From a virus (lineage: Duplodnaviria > Heunggongvirae > Uroviricota > Caudoviricetes), in the IMG/VR virus record IMGVR_UViG_2713896795_000004, positions 1 to 18,456 of that record: a stretch of 18,456 bases of DNA. One strand, given 5' to 3'. Made by a program: the position numbers and the translations under genes. This document shows positions 11,489 to 18,456 of this stretch, one piece after another. The notes beneath the pieces were generated by a model. The model did no database searches and had not been told where the DNA came from. It saw only the letters and a program-made list of their open reading frames with translations. The stretch's first letter is position 1. Each line of letters opens with the position of its first letter.

Positions 11489-11884
11489 ATGGGACTATTA
11501 AGCGACGTACAAAAGACAATTAGAACCAGTCTGAATAATATCATGCCAATTCGAAAGGCAATGAATATCCAGGCAGGTAAAGATCTATTCATCTTAGTAT
11601 CAGTAAATCAGACATATTCACCAACCAACTTTGGCACACAACGCCAGACAGGAACATTCGATTTCCAATTTCTCCTAGTACCGGAACCATCAGTACAACT
11701 TCCCGCCGATTCCTACGGTACTATATTCGAATACTTCCGTACTAATACTATTAAAGAGTTTAAAGATAATAACGTCACTCTACTTTCTTATGAGTTTCAA
11801 GATAGCGAACAGGTAACAGATCCAACTACTGGCTATCAATCGTTATCGTTTGCAATAAATATTGTAGCAACTCAAAAACCATAA
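11489..11884 (+). CDS. hypothetical protein (131 aa); head-tail joining candidate by position
   Basis: ATG 1 nt after the previous stop (tightly coupled). Position-based call only. Confidence 0.4.
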   Translation: MGLLSDVQKTIRTSLNNIMPIRKAMNIQAGKDLFILVSVNQTYSPTNFGTQRQTGTFDFQFLLVPEPSVQLPADSYGTIFEYFRTNTIKEFKDNNVTLLSYEFQDSEQVTDPTTGYQSLSFAINIVATQKP

Positions 11885-11896
11885 GGAATATAGATA

Positions 11897-11924
11897 ATGA
11901 GTGATAATATTTTTACTGGTAGTG
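11897..11924 (+). pseudogene. 5' stub of a gene cut by IS2 (9 codons, MSDNIFTGS)
   Basis: AAGGAA RBS at 11883..11888, ATG at 11897, reading frame runs straight into the IS2 terminal inverted repeat at 11925. Confidence 0.35.
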
Positions 11925-11935
11925 TGGATTTGCCC

Positions 11936-12841
11936 CTATATTTCCAGACACCTGTTATCACTTAACCCATTACTGGCCCGCTGCCGTAGATATTCCCGTG
12001 GCGAGCGATAACCCAGTGCACTATGCGGATGCCATTCGTTATAATGCTCGAACGCCTCTGCAAGGTTCTTTGCTGCCGTTAACCCGTCTGGTTTGGGCAT
12101 GATACTGATGTAATCACGCTTTATCGTTTTCACGAAGCTCTCTGCTATGCCGTTACTCTCCGGACTCCGCACCGCCGTGTTCTTCGGTTCAAGTCCCAAC
12201 ATCCGGGCGAACTGGCGTGTTTCATTAGCCCGGTAGCATGAACCATTATCCGTCAGCCACTCCACTGGAGATGTCGGAAGCTCGCTGCCGAAGCGGCGTT
12301 CCACCGCTCCCAGCATGACGTCCTGTACTGTTTCACTGTCGAAGCCGCCCGTAGTGACCGCCCAGTGCAGTGCCTCACGGTCACAGCAGTCCAGCGCGAA
12401 CGTGACTCGCAGTTTTTCTCCGTTATCACAGCGGAACTCGAACCCGTCAGAGCACCATCGTTGATTGCTTTCTTTCACGGCCACTTTGCCAGTATGTGCC
12501 CGTTTCGATGGCGGTACAGCGGTTTTTCGCTCAAGCAACAGCGCATTCTGGCGCATGATCCGGTAAACACGTTTGGCATTGATAGCAGGCATACCATCAA
12601 GTTCGGCCTGTCTGCGAAGCAGCGCCCATACCCGACGATAACCATACGTGGGCAGCTCTCCGATAACATGGTGTATACGGAGAAGCACATCCGTATCATC
12701 TGAGTGACGGCTGCAGCGACCATCTTTCCAGTCATCGGTTCGTCTGAGAATGACGTGCAACTGCGCACGCGACACCCGGAGACAACGGCTGACTAAGCTT
12801 ACTCCCCATCCCCGGGCAATAAGGGCGCGTGCGCTATCCAC
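11936..12841 (-). CDS. insD: IS2 transposase OrfB (InsD), DDE integrase-like catalytic domain, 301 aa
   Basis: Matches recalled InsD sequence. Overlaps insC in the -1 frame at the AAAAAAG slippery site, so the InsCD fusion would arise by programmed frameshift. GTG start. Confidence 0.9.
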
Positions 12842-13164
12842 TTTTTTGCACGCCCATATTCAACGGCTTCTTTAAGGAGTTCATTTTCCATCGTTTTTTT
12901 GCCGAGCAGGCGCTGAAGTTCTTTAATCTGCTTCATGGCAGCAGCAAGTTCAGAGGCAGGAACGACCTGTTCTCCTGCGGCCACAGCAGTAAGACTTCCC
13001 TCCTGGTATTGCTTGCGCCATAGAAATAACTGGCTGGCTGCCACACCGTGTTGCCGGGCAACAAGGGAGACCGTCATTCCCGGTTCAAAGCTCTGCTGAA
13101 CAATAGCGATCTTTTCCTGTGTAGTACGCCGTCTGCGTTTCTCCGGTCCTAAGACATCAATCAT
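12799..13164 (-). CDS. insC: IS2 transposase OrfA (InsC), HTH DNA-binding protein, 121 aa
   Basis: Translation from the ATG at 13164 matches recalled InsC ([56 protein letters not shown]...). The track ORF extends further 5' to an upstream alternative start. Confidence 0.9.
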
Positions 13165-13256
13165 CTGTTCTCCAATGACTAGTCTAAAAACTAGTATTAA
13201 GACTATCACTTATTTAAGTGATATTGGTTGTCTGGAGATTCAGGGGGCCAGTCTAG

Positions 13257-13784
13257 AAAGGTAAATGCATCCCACGAGATTTAAAGGTTAACGAAACAAA
13301 CGCTGACTATCTTTTCCGTAAGTTCGGTGAACTTGAATCAAAACTCAACGAGCAGCGTGAGTATTACGAGGGCGTTATCTCGGATGGGAGTAAGCGTATT
13401 GCTGAACTGGAGAAAAGCGAAGAGCAACTCATCAACGAGCGTGACCATGCTGAGTCTGCTTTAGCTGATATGTACTTTGCAGCAACCGGTAACAGGCCGG
13501 AGTGGAGCAACTGGTTCGGCTTTTCAGATGCTGTCGATGCCGTGGTTGACAGAATAGCTGATTTAGAAGCTAAACAGCCATCGCCGGTAGTGCCGGATAA
13601 TGCATCAGGGTCGCTTGCTTATGCTTACAAAGAGCTTACGCCTGAGATTATGCGCGGTCATATCGCTGTATTCGAGCGATATGGAATAGCCCCAAACGAT
13701 AGCATTACCACAATTCAGGCACTGCGAATCGCGCTGGATGGTATAGAGCGGAGCAACGCCATGCTTCAGGGGAAAGGAGAGTGA
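13257..13784 (+). pseudogene. N-terminally truncated coiled-coil protein of the lambdoid early-accessory region (possibly Ea22-like), cut by IS2
   Basis: Reading frame is open from the first base after IS2 (stop TAG lies inside the IS2 end at 13254..13256) through 13784, with no start codon near the IS boundary. Coiled-coil-like LESKLNEQREYYEGVISDGSKRIAELEKSEEQLINE. The Ea22 assignment is from memory and weak. Confidence 0.45.
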
Positions 13785-13785
13785 T

Positions 13786-14301
13786 ATGGCGTTAACACAC
13801 AGCGAACTCTGTCAGATTGCGTACAAGTTCCTTAAGCGCAACGGGTTCAAGGTTTGTTTTCATGACCGCTTTATAGCTGTAACCAGTACCGGAGAACAGC
13901 CAGATGCTATGGGATTCAGAAATTCAGCATCATGCCTGATAGAGGCGAAGTGTTCTCGTGCTGACTTGTTGGCAGATAGAAAAAAGCGTTTTCGTAAAAA
14001 TCCGTCTCTTGGAATGGGCGACTGGCGATTCTTTATTAGTGAGCCGGGGATTATTTCAATTGAGGATTTACCACCTGGCTGGGGATTACTTCACGTTGTT
14101 AACGGAAGAGTACGGAAAGTACATGGGTGGCCAAAGGGCAATTGCTGTTGGGGTAATCCTGACGATAAGCCATTTACTGGAAATAAGCAGGTTGAATGCG
14201 ATTACATGTTATCTGCATTAAGGCGCATGGAGTTGAGAGGGCACCTTAATGAAATATATGACGGTGTAATTGTTAATAAGAAAGAAGGAAACGCGGCATG
14301 A
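13786..14301 (+). CDS. hypothetical protein with PD-(D/E)xK-like nuclease motif (171 aa)
   Basis: AAAGGAGAG RBS, ATG 1 nt after the previous stop. Motif ...EQPDAMGF...(12 aa)...LIEAKCSRADL resembles the PD...(D/E)xK core of restriction-endonuclease-fold proteins. Family not assigned. Confidence 0.5.
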   Translation: MALTHSELCQIAYKFLKRNGFKVCFHDRFIAVTSTGEQPDAMGFRNSASCLIEAKCSRADLLADRKKRFRKNPSLGMGDWRFFISEPGIISIEDLPPGWGLLHVVNGRVRKVHGWPKGNCCWGNPDDKPFTGNKQVECDYMLSALRRMELRGHLNEIYDGVIVNKKEGNAA

Positions 14302-15137
14302 CCACTATTACCAAAGAGCGACTGCTGACAATCAAGCAGTGGCGCGAAACATACGGACCTGGTAGCAACGTTGTACTGCCAGCAGAAGAAGCGGAAGAAC
14401 TGGCACGAATTGCTCTGGCATCGCTGGAAGCAAAACCAATAGGTGCTTTCCACATTGCAGAACAGCAGGTCGATGGCACAAGTGACTACATCAAGGATGG
14501 GGAGTGGCCTATTGATAACGGGATAATTGAAGTATACGCCGCTCCGCCAGTGCCGGTAGTACCTGGGGAAATTGCTGATGATTTAATGGAGAAATTACCG
14601 AAAAGTGATGCATGGGCTAATGGGTTTCGTGGTGGCTGGAACGCCTGCCGCGCAGTCATGCTTCAGTCCGGAAACTTTCGGAAAATCCCGGAAGCGTCAA
14701 CCAGCTCTCCGGTAACTCCGCCTCTTTTGCCTGGTGGTTTCACCATTGAGGATGCGAAGGAGTTACATGAAGACCTGGTTCGCAGCCACATAAGCCAGGC
14801 TTTAAGTGGCGAAAAGATGAAAAAGAAAGATCGCGAGGCTGATTTGCGCTGGATTCATGGCGTAATAGTTCAGGCTGCGTGGTTTGTAAAGGCATCACTG
14901 GAGCAGAATGCACTATCGGGCAACTCTCCGGTAACTCCGGATAGTTGGATAAGCTGTAGTGAGCGAATGCCGGAAGAAACGGGTGACATTATTGTTGTTT
15001 CGGATGGCATTGTAATGTCAGGGATTTCTTATTCTCGTCGTGACGGGTTCTATATGGCCGCATTGGAGTACGACGACGACGAACCAATTGACGGTGTAAC
15101 CCACTGGATGCCGCTGCCAGAACCGCCGCAGGGGTGA
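14298..15137 (+). CDS. phage protein with C-terminal DUF551-like domain (279 aa)
   Basis: ATGA start/stop overlap with the previous gene. C-terminal SERMPEE...VTHWMPLPEPP matches the recalled DUF551 signature (ER[ML]PE ... W-x-PLP-x-PP) common in lambdoid early-region accessory genes. Confidence 0.55.
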   Translation: MTTITKERLLTIKQWRETYGPGSNVVLPAEEAEELARIALASLEAKPIGAFHIAEQQVDGTSDYIKDGEWPIDNGIIEVYAAPPVPVVPGEIADDLMEKLPKSDAWANGFRGGWNACRAVMLQSGNFRKIPEASTSSPVTPPLLPGGFTIEDAKELHEDLVRSHISQALSGEKMKKKDREADLRWIHGVIVQAAWFVKASLEQNALSGNSPVTPDSWISCSERMPEETGDIIVVSDGIVMSGISYSRRDGFYMAALEYDDDEPIDGVTHWMPLPEPPQG

Positions 15138-15203
15138 AATGATGCTTGGCCTGAAGTATTTTATGTAATTGGTATTGCTATATTTTTATCTGGGGATAAA
15201 CGA

Positions 15204-15446
15204 ATGTTCTCTCTGATTCAACGTGGTCAGATATACACCGATAGCGCTGGCTATCCAGTAAAAATCATTCGTAGTACTGATCACTCAGTATTCTTCAAGA
15301 GGATGGATGGCTATCCTGGAAGAGTGTGCATCAGAAAATTCAATAATTTATTCGAACACATTGATCACAGAGAATATCACCAGATCCTGGCTGAAACAGA
15401 GCAGGAGAACCATCTGAAAAAATTACGTGCCATGCAAAGGAGATAA
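15204..15446 (+). CDS. hypothetical lambdoid early-region protein (80 aa)
   Basis: ATG ORF in the position occupied by ea-type genes in lambda; no motif evidence. Confidence 0.45.
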   Translation: MFSLIQRGQIYTDSAGYPVKIIRSTDHSVFFKRMDGYPGRVCIRKFNNLFEHIDHREYHQILAETEQENHLKKLRAMQRR

Positions 15447-15526
15447 ACCGGTAAAGGTGTTCGCGATAAAGGTGAATATCGGCAATGAATAACAATCCTC
15501 GAACTCGCGGGGATTTCTTTTATCTG

Positions 15527-15553
15527 AACTCGCTACGGCGAGTTTTGTTTTAT
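15527..15553 (+). terminator. putative intrinsic terminator
   Basis: 7-bp stem AACTCGC / GCGAGTT with 4-nt loop TACG, followed by TTGTTTTAT. Confidence 0.35.
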
Positions 15554-15564
15554 GGAGATGATAA

Positions 15565-15732
15565 ATGCACTTCCGAGTCACAGGTGAATGGAATGGAGAG
15601 CCATTCAACAGAGTTATCGAGGCAGAGAACATCAACGACTGCTATGACCACTGGATGCTGTGGGCGCAGATAGCACATGCAGACGTAACCAATATTCGAA
15701 TTGAAGAACTGAAAGAACACCAATCCGCCTGA
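15565..15732 (+). CDS. small hypothetical protein (55 aa), same size and spacing as the small ORF just upstream of xis in phage lambda
   Basis: Manual translation MHFRVTGEWNGEPFNRVIEAENINDCYDHWMLWAQIAHADVTNIRIEELKEHQSA. GGAGA RBS 7 nt before the ATG; ends 39 nt before xis. Below the ORF-track size cut-off. Confidence 0.45.
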   Translation: MHFRVTGEWNGEPFNRVIEAENINDCYDHWMLWAQIAHADVTNIRIEELKEHQSA

Positions 15733-15747
15733 TGGCGGCTTTTTCTT
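15725..15747 (+). terminator. putative intrinsic terminator overlapping the stop of the 55-aa ORF
   Basis: CCGCC-TGAT-GGCGG hairpin followed by CTTTTTCTT. Confidence 0.35.
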
Positions 15748-15771
15748 GCGTGTAATTGCGGAGACTTTGCG

Positions 15772-15990
15772 ATGTACTTGACACTTCAGGAGTGGAACGC
15801 ACGCCAGCGACGCCCAAGAAGCCTTGAAACAGTTCGTCGATGGGTGCGCGAATGCAGGATATTCCCTCCTCCGGTTAAGGATGGAAGAGAGTATCTGTTC
15901 CACGAATCAGCGGTAAAGGTTGACTTAAATCGACCAGTAACAGGTAGCCTTTTGAAGAGGATCAGAAATGGGAAGAAGGCGAAGTCATGA
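15772..15990 (+). CDS. xis: excisionase Xis (lambda type), 72 aa
   Basis: MYLTLQEWNARQRRPRSLETVRRWVRECRIFPPPVKDGREYLFHESAVKVDLNRPVTGSLLKRIRNGKKAKS matches recalled lambda Xis. Overlaps the int start as in lambda. Confidence 0.95.
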   Translation: MYLTLQEWNARQRRPRSLETVRRWVRECRIFPPPVKDGREYLFHESAVKVDLNRPVTGSLLKRIRNGKKAKS

Positions 15991-17038
15991 GCGCCGGGAT
16001 TTACCCCCTAACCTTTATATAAGAAACAATGGATATTACTGCTACAGGGACCCAAGGACGGGTAAAGAGTTTGGATTAGGCCGAGACAGGAGGATAGCAA
16101 TCACTGAAGCTATACAGGCCAACATTGAGTTATTTTCAGGACACAAACACAAGCCTCTGACAGCGAGAATCAACAGTGATAATTCTGTTACGTTACATTC
16201 ATGGCTTGATCGCTACGAAAAAATCCTCGCCAGCAGAGGAATCAAGCAGAAGACACTCATAAATTACATGAGCAAAATTAAAGCAATAAGGAGGGGTCTG
16301 CCTGATGTTTCACTTGAAGACATCACCACAAAAGAAATTGCGGCAATGCTCAATGGATACATAGACGAGGGCAAGGCGGCGTCAGCCAAGTTAATCAGAT
16401 CAACACTGAGCGATGCATTCCGAGAGGCAATAGCTGAAGGCCATATAACAACAAACCCGGTCGCTGCCACTCGCGCAGCAAAATCAGAGGTAAGGAGATC
16501 AAGACTTACGGCTGACGAATACCTGAAAATTTATCAAGCAGCAGAATCATCACCATGTTGGCTCAGACTTGCAATGGAACTGGCTGTTGTTACCGGGCAG
16601 CGAGTTGGTGATTTATGCGAAATGAAGTGGTCTGATATCGTAGATGGATATCTTTATGTCGAGCAAAGCAAAACAGGCGTAAAAATTGCCATCCCTACAA
16701 CATTGCATGTTGATGCTCTCGGGATATCAATGAAGGAAACACTTGGTAAATGCAAAGAGATTCTTGGCGGAGAAACCATAATTGCATCTACTCGTCGTGA
16801 ACCGCTTTCATCCGGCACAGTATCAAGGTATTTTATGCGCGCACGAAAAGCATCAGGTCTTTCCTTCGAAGGGGATCCGCCAACCTTTCACGAGTTGCGC
16901 AGTTTGTCTGCAAGACTCTATGAGAAGCAGATAAGCGATAAGTTTGCTCAACATCTTCTCGGGCATAAGTCGGACACCATGGCATCACAGTATCGTGATG
17001 ACAGAGGCAGGGAGTGGGACAAAATTGAAATCAAATAA
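15968..17038 (+). CDS. int: tyrosine integrase Int (lambda type), 356 aa
   Basis: Near-identical to recalled lambda Int over its whole length (MGRRRSHERRDLPPNLYIRNNGYYCYRDPRTGKEFGLGRDRR ... HELRSLSARLYEKQISDKFAQHLLGHKSDTMASQYRDDRGREWDKIEIK). Catalytic R...H-x-x-R...Y context present. Confidence 0.97.
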   Translation: MGRRRSHERRDLPPNLYIRNNGYYCYRDPRTGKEFGLGRDRRIAITEAIQANIELFSGHKHKPLTARINSDNSVTLHSWLDRYEKILASRGIKQKTLINYMSKIKAIRRGLPDVSLEDITTKEIAAMLNGYIDEGKAASAKLIRSTLSDAFREAIAEGHITTNPVAATRAAKSEVRRSRLTADEYLKIYQAAESSPCWLRLAMELAVVTGQRVGDLCEMKWSDIVDGYLYVEQSKTGVKIAIPTTLHVDALGISMKETLGKCKEILGGETIIASTRREPLSSGTVSRYFMRARKASGLSFEGDPPTFHELRSLSARLYEKQISDKFAQHLLGHKSDTMASQYRDDRGREWDKIEIK

Positions 17039-17133
17039 TGATTTTATTTTGACTGATAGTGACCTGTTCGTTGCAACAAATTGATAAGCAATGCTTTTTT
17101 ATAATGCCAACTTAGTATAAAAAAGCAGGCTTC
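17039..17133. other. attL: lambda P' arm plus 15-bp core (reverse complement of GCTTTTTTATACTAA at 17112..17126) joined to the bacterial B arm
   Basis: Sequence TTTTATTTTGACTGATAGTGACCTGTTCGTTGCAACAAATTGATAAGCAATGCTTTTTTATAATGCCAACTTAGTATAAAAAAGCAGGCTTCA matches the recalled lambda attL/P' arm, with the core directly followed by host sequence leading into ybhC. Confidence 0.9.
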
Positions 17134-17172
17134 AACGGATTCATTTTTCTATTTCATAGCCCGGAGCAACCT

Positions 17173-18456
17173 GTGAACACATTTTCAGTTTCCCGTCTGG
17201 CGCTGGCATTGGCTTTTGGCGTGACGCTGACCGCCTGTAGCTCAACACCGCCCGATCAACGTCCTTCTGATCAAACCGCGCCTGGTACCTCTTCTCGCCC
17301 GATTCTGTCGGCAAAAGAAGCGCAGAATTTCGATGCTCAACACTATTTTGCATCCCTGACACCAGGTGCGGCAGCGTGGAATCCTTCCCCGATTACCCTG
17401 CCTGCGCAACCTGACTTTGTTGTCGGCCCGGCGGGTACTCAAGGTGTAACGCATACCACGATTCAGGCGGCGGTAGATGCGGCAATTATCAAGCGTACCA
17501 ACAAGCGCCAGTATATTGCCGTGATGCCTGGTGAGTATCAGGGAACGGTGTATGTCCCTGCCGCTCCGGGTGGAATTACTCTATACGGTACAGGTGAAAA
17601 ACCGATTGATGTGAAGATTGGGCTTTCCCTTGATGGTGGCATGAGCCCTGCCGACTGGCGTCACGACGTCAACCCGCGCGGCAAATATATGCCAAGTAAA
17701 CCGGCGTGGTATATGTACGATAGCTGCCAGAGTAAACGCAGCGACAGTATCGGTGTTCTCTGCTCTGCGGTCTTCTGGTCACAAAACAATGGCCTGCAAC
17801 TGCAAAACCTGACCATCGAAAACACGCTGGGCGATAGCGTAGATGCGGGTAACCATCCGGCGGTGGCACTGCGTACTGATGGCGACAAAGTGCAGATCAA
17901 TAACGTCAACATTCTCGGTCGTCAGAACACCTTCTTTGTCACCAACAGCGGTGTGCAGAACCGTCTGGAAACGAATCGCCAGCCGCGTACGCTGGTGACC
18001 AACAGCTATATTGAAGGGGATGTGGATATCGTTTCTGGTCGCGGCGCAGTGGTGTTCGATAACACCGAATTCCGCGTGGTGAACTCCCGTACCCAGCAAG
18101 AAGCGTATGTGTTTGCACCGGCTACGCTGTCCAACATTTACTACGGTTTCCTCGCCGTAAACAGCCGTTTCAATGCTTCCGGTGATGGCGTGGCGCAACT
18201 GGGCCGCTCGCTGGATGTTGATGCCAATACCAACGGTCAGGTAGTGATCCGTGATAGCGCCATCAACGAAGGTTTTAACACGGCGAAACCGTGGGCCGAT
18301 GCGGTGATTTCCAATCGTCCATTCGCGGGTAACACCGGCAGCGTTGATGATAACGACGAAGTACAGCGTAATCTGAATGACACTAACTACAACCGCATGT
18401 GGGAATACAATAACCGCGGCGTGGGTAGCAAAGTGGTTGCAGAGGCGAAGAAGTAG
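17173..18456 (+). CDS. ybhC: YbhC, pectinesterase-fold outer-membrane lipoprotein (putative acyl-CoA thioesterase), 427 aa, complete
   Basis: GTG start; lipobox LTAC in MNTFSVSRLALALAFGVTLTACSS; sequence matches recalled E. coli YbhC. Known chromosomal neighbour of attB-lambda. Composition is host-like. Confidence 0.9.
   Translation: MNTFSVSRLALALAFGVTLTACSSTPPDQRPSDQTAPGTSSRPILSAKEAQNFDAQHYFASLTPGAAAWNPSPITLPAQPDFVVGPAGTQGVTHTTIQAAVDAAIIKRTNKRQYIAVMPGEYQGTVYVPAAPGGITLYGTGEKPIDVKIGLSLDGGMSPADWRHDVNPRGKYMPSKPAWYMYDSCQSKRSDSIGVLCSAVFWSQNNGLQLQNLTIENTLGDSVDAGNHPAVALRTDGDKVQINNVNILGRQNTFFVTNSGVQNRLETNRQPRTLVTNSYIEGDVDIVSGRGAVVFDNTEFRVVNSRTQQEAYVFAPATLSNIYYGFLAVNSRFNASGDGVAQLGRSLDVDANTNGQVVIRDSAINEGFNTAKPWADAVISNRPFAGNTGSVDDNDEVQRNLNDTNYNRMWEYNNRGVGSKVVAEAKK

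Larger units (their letters stand above)
11925..13255 (-). mobile_element. IS2 (IS3 family), complete 1331-bp copy
   Basis: Ends match recalled IS2 terminal inverted repeats: TGGATTTGCCCCTATATTTCCAGACA at 11925 and ...TCTGGAGATTCAGGGGGCCAGTCTA ending at 13255. Length is exactly 1331 bp. Contains insC and insD with the A6G frameshift motif (complement of 12841..12847). The 5-bp flanks differ (TAGTG left, GAAAG right). Confidence 0.95.

Noticed and set aside
12365-13023. Track ORFs 12365..12703 (+), 12475..12768 (-) and 12829..13023 (+) inside IS2
   Set aside because: They overlap the known insC/insD frames; IS2 is not known to encode additional proteins.
13958-14479. Track ORFs 13958..14221 (+), 14202..14453 (-) and 14273..14479 (-)
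   Set aside because: Alternative-frame or antisense overlaps of the translationally coupled 171-aa and 279-aa genes.
15423-15903. Track ORFs 15423..15635 (-), 15485..15673 (+), 15550..15903 (-) and 15632..15817 (-) around the xis-proximal region
   Set aside because: The 15485 ORF is low-complexity, runs across the predicted terminator hairpin and overlaps the better-supported 55-aa ORF (15565..15732). The minus-strand ORFs are antisense to xis and its neighbour.
16264-16470. Minus-strand track ORF inside int
   Set aside because: Antisense shadow ORF within the integrase gene.
17039-17172. tRNA or tmRNA gene as the integration target
   Set aside because: No tRNA-like T-arm or acceptor features were seen by eye, and lambda-type Int uses the intergenic attB next to ybhC rather than a tRNA gene.
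17141-18198. Minus-strand and alternative-frame track ORFs overlapping ybhC
   Set aside because: ybhC is full-length and well supported; these are shadow ORFs in GC-richer host DNA.

Overview
Mosaic accessory island ending at the chromosomal lambda attachment site. Three compartments are visible. (1) About 230..11924 is visibly AT-rich (judged by eye, not computed) and carries three small cargo genes of unknown function (one with a signal peptide), an 880-bp non-coding stretch with a (TAATGAG)x10 tandem repeat and a perfect 28-bp palindrome, a minus-strand 606-aa OLD-family ABC-ATPase/TOPRIM nuclease (candidate single-gene anti-phage defence), then a rightward packaging/head module: small terminase, lambda GpA-type large terminase, a 163-aa unknown, portal, a 620-aa ORF that appears to fuse prohead protease, acidic scaffold-like linker and HK97-fold major capsid, and two small connector-sized proteins. 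No tail, lysis, replication or immunity genes are present in the window. (2) A complete 1331-bp IS2 (insC/insD, minus strand) at 11925..13255 lies between a 9-codon gene stub and an N-terminally truncated ORF with no matching target-site duplication, so it marks a rearrangement junction. (3) A roughly 50% GC phage-lambda-type right arm: early-region accessory ORFs (including PD-(D/E)xK-like and DUF551-like proteins), a 55-aa ORF, xis, int and attL with the GCTTTTTTATACTAA core, followed by the host gene ybhC. The most interesting candidate is the stand-alone OLD-like nuclease inside a tail-less, possibly satellite-like capsid module joined by IS2 to a lambda int/xis/attL arm. All calls rest on motif reading and recalled sequences; no database search was run.
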